Assembly: GCA_019306065.1 (NCBI GenBank)
Contig: JAFDMF010000001.1
Coordinates: 85,244-149,243, forward strand
Reading direction: 5' to 3'
Source of the DNA: Deltaproteobacteria bacterium
Lineage (GTDB): Bacteria > Desulfobacterota > Desulfobacteria > Desulfobacterales > JAFDMD01
DNA length: 64,000 bases
Made by a program: the position numbers and the translations under genes. The notes under the pieces were generated by a model. That model saw only the letters and a list, made by a program, of their open reading frames with translations, had not been told where the DNA came from and ran no database searches. Below, piece after piece: positions 63,431 through 64,000 of the stretch; positions within the stretch are counted from its first letter, which is position 1; each line of letters begins with the position of its first letter.

Positions 63431-64000
63431 TCAAGCGTTTAATATCGCTATTATTATTTTTATTACCGATTCTGGCGTAAAATGAGCCATATTAAATACA
63501 ATGTGATAGTTAGCCGGATCGTCATAATCTTTTTTACCCAGTTTGCTGTAAAGATTAATTCTTCTTTTATCTTCATTTGCTATAATGCTTGCGGCTTTTT
63601 TATCCATAACATTATAATTTTCCACCATAAATCTTATACGATTTTCCGGTTTGTTTATTAAAAGAATATTATATGTATCAGGATGATTCTGTAATATATA
63701 TTGACTCCCTCTTCCTAATATTACGGCATTTCCTTCATCGGCAATTTCAGCTATAAATAAAACCAAATAATCTAAATATAGCTGTTCGTCAATATATCCT
63801 TTATCTTCGCTGGTGCTTAATATACGCTCAATCCAGCTTTGGGAAACCATTCCTGATATAATTCTGGACAGTTTTGTTCCTCCCTCTTTTTCGATCATAC
63901 GAACCCAGTCTGTTGAAACTTTTGCTTCTCGCGCTATTTTTCGGATGATAGAATTATCTGCAAAAATATACCCTAATTTATCCGCAAGCATTTTCCCAAG
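63431..64000 (-). CDS. Cytidylate-kinase-like family protein (N-terminus beyond window end)
   Basis: The frame is open to base 64000. The pattern matches the cytidylate kinase-like (AAA_28/Cytidylate_kin2) family: ILGRGSQYIL.., DKRRINLY. Confidence 0.65.
   Translation of the reverse strand, partial: LGKMLADKLGYIFADNSIIRKIAREAKVSTDWVRMIEKEGGTKLSRIISGMVSQSWIERILSTSEDKGYIDEQLYLDYLVLFIAEIADEGNAVILGRGSQYILQNHPDTYNILLINKPENRIRFMVENYNVMDKKAASIIANEDKRRINLYSKLGKKDYDDPANYHIVFNMAHFTPESVIKIIIAILNA

Overview
AT-rich bacterial chromosomal segment. The gene content (dissimilatory-type sat, hyp hydrogenase-maturation genes, sigma54 two-component pair, iron-sulfur flavoprotein) suggests an anaerobic, probably sulfate-reducing Desulfobacterota-like organism; this taxonomy is inference only. 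The window opens in the yidC-jag-mnmE cluster and holds about 55 protein genes. The backbone is housekeeping: hypE/hypD, htrA, a radical-SAM fusion, glnB-glnA, tkt, hypF-hypC-protease, coaBC, ade, an ars-type cluster, NtrC-type RR/HK, mtaB, clpB, gspA/B-like and sat. I found no rRNA, tRNA, CRISPR, transposase or integrase. The backbone is interrupted by small accessory islets. (i) 11.7-15.6 kb: a two-gene RM-like cassette, a 1027-aa gamma-class m6A MTase+TRD protein translationally coupled to a 239-aa PD-(D/E)xK protein, inserted between a [2Fe-2S] hydroxylase subunit gene and ssnA. This is my best candidate for an unusual system. (ii) 17.1-18.6 kb: an orphan CcrM-family methyltransferase plus an unknown 104-aa ORF. 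(iii) 20.6-25.5 kb: a decayed defense/TA islet containing an FN3 protein, UPF0175/DUF3368 with a dead toxin, an orphan dehydratase subunit, a truncated AbiTii, and an intact HigA-like HTH gene directly followed by dinD. (iv) 37.4-38.9 kb: a RhuM relic, a 75-nt polypurine tract, seven tandem 20-bp TTGACA-bearing repeats and a TPR protein, located where hydrogenase structural genes would be expected. (v) Relic DUF4145 and vapBC loci. Intergenic DNA is saturated with several families of short dispersed palindromic or MITE-like repeats, some abutting stop codons. Protein family calls rest on motif recognition by eye, and no database search was run.
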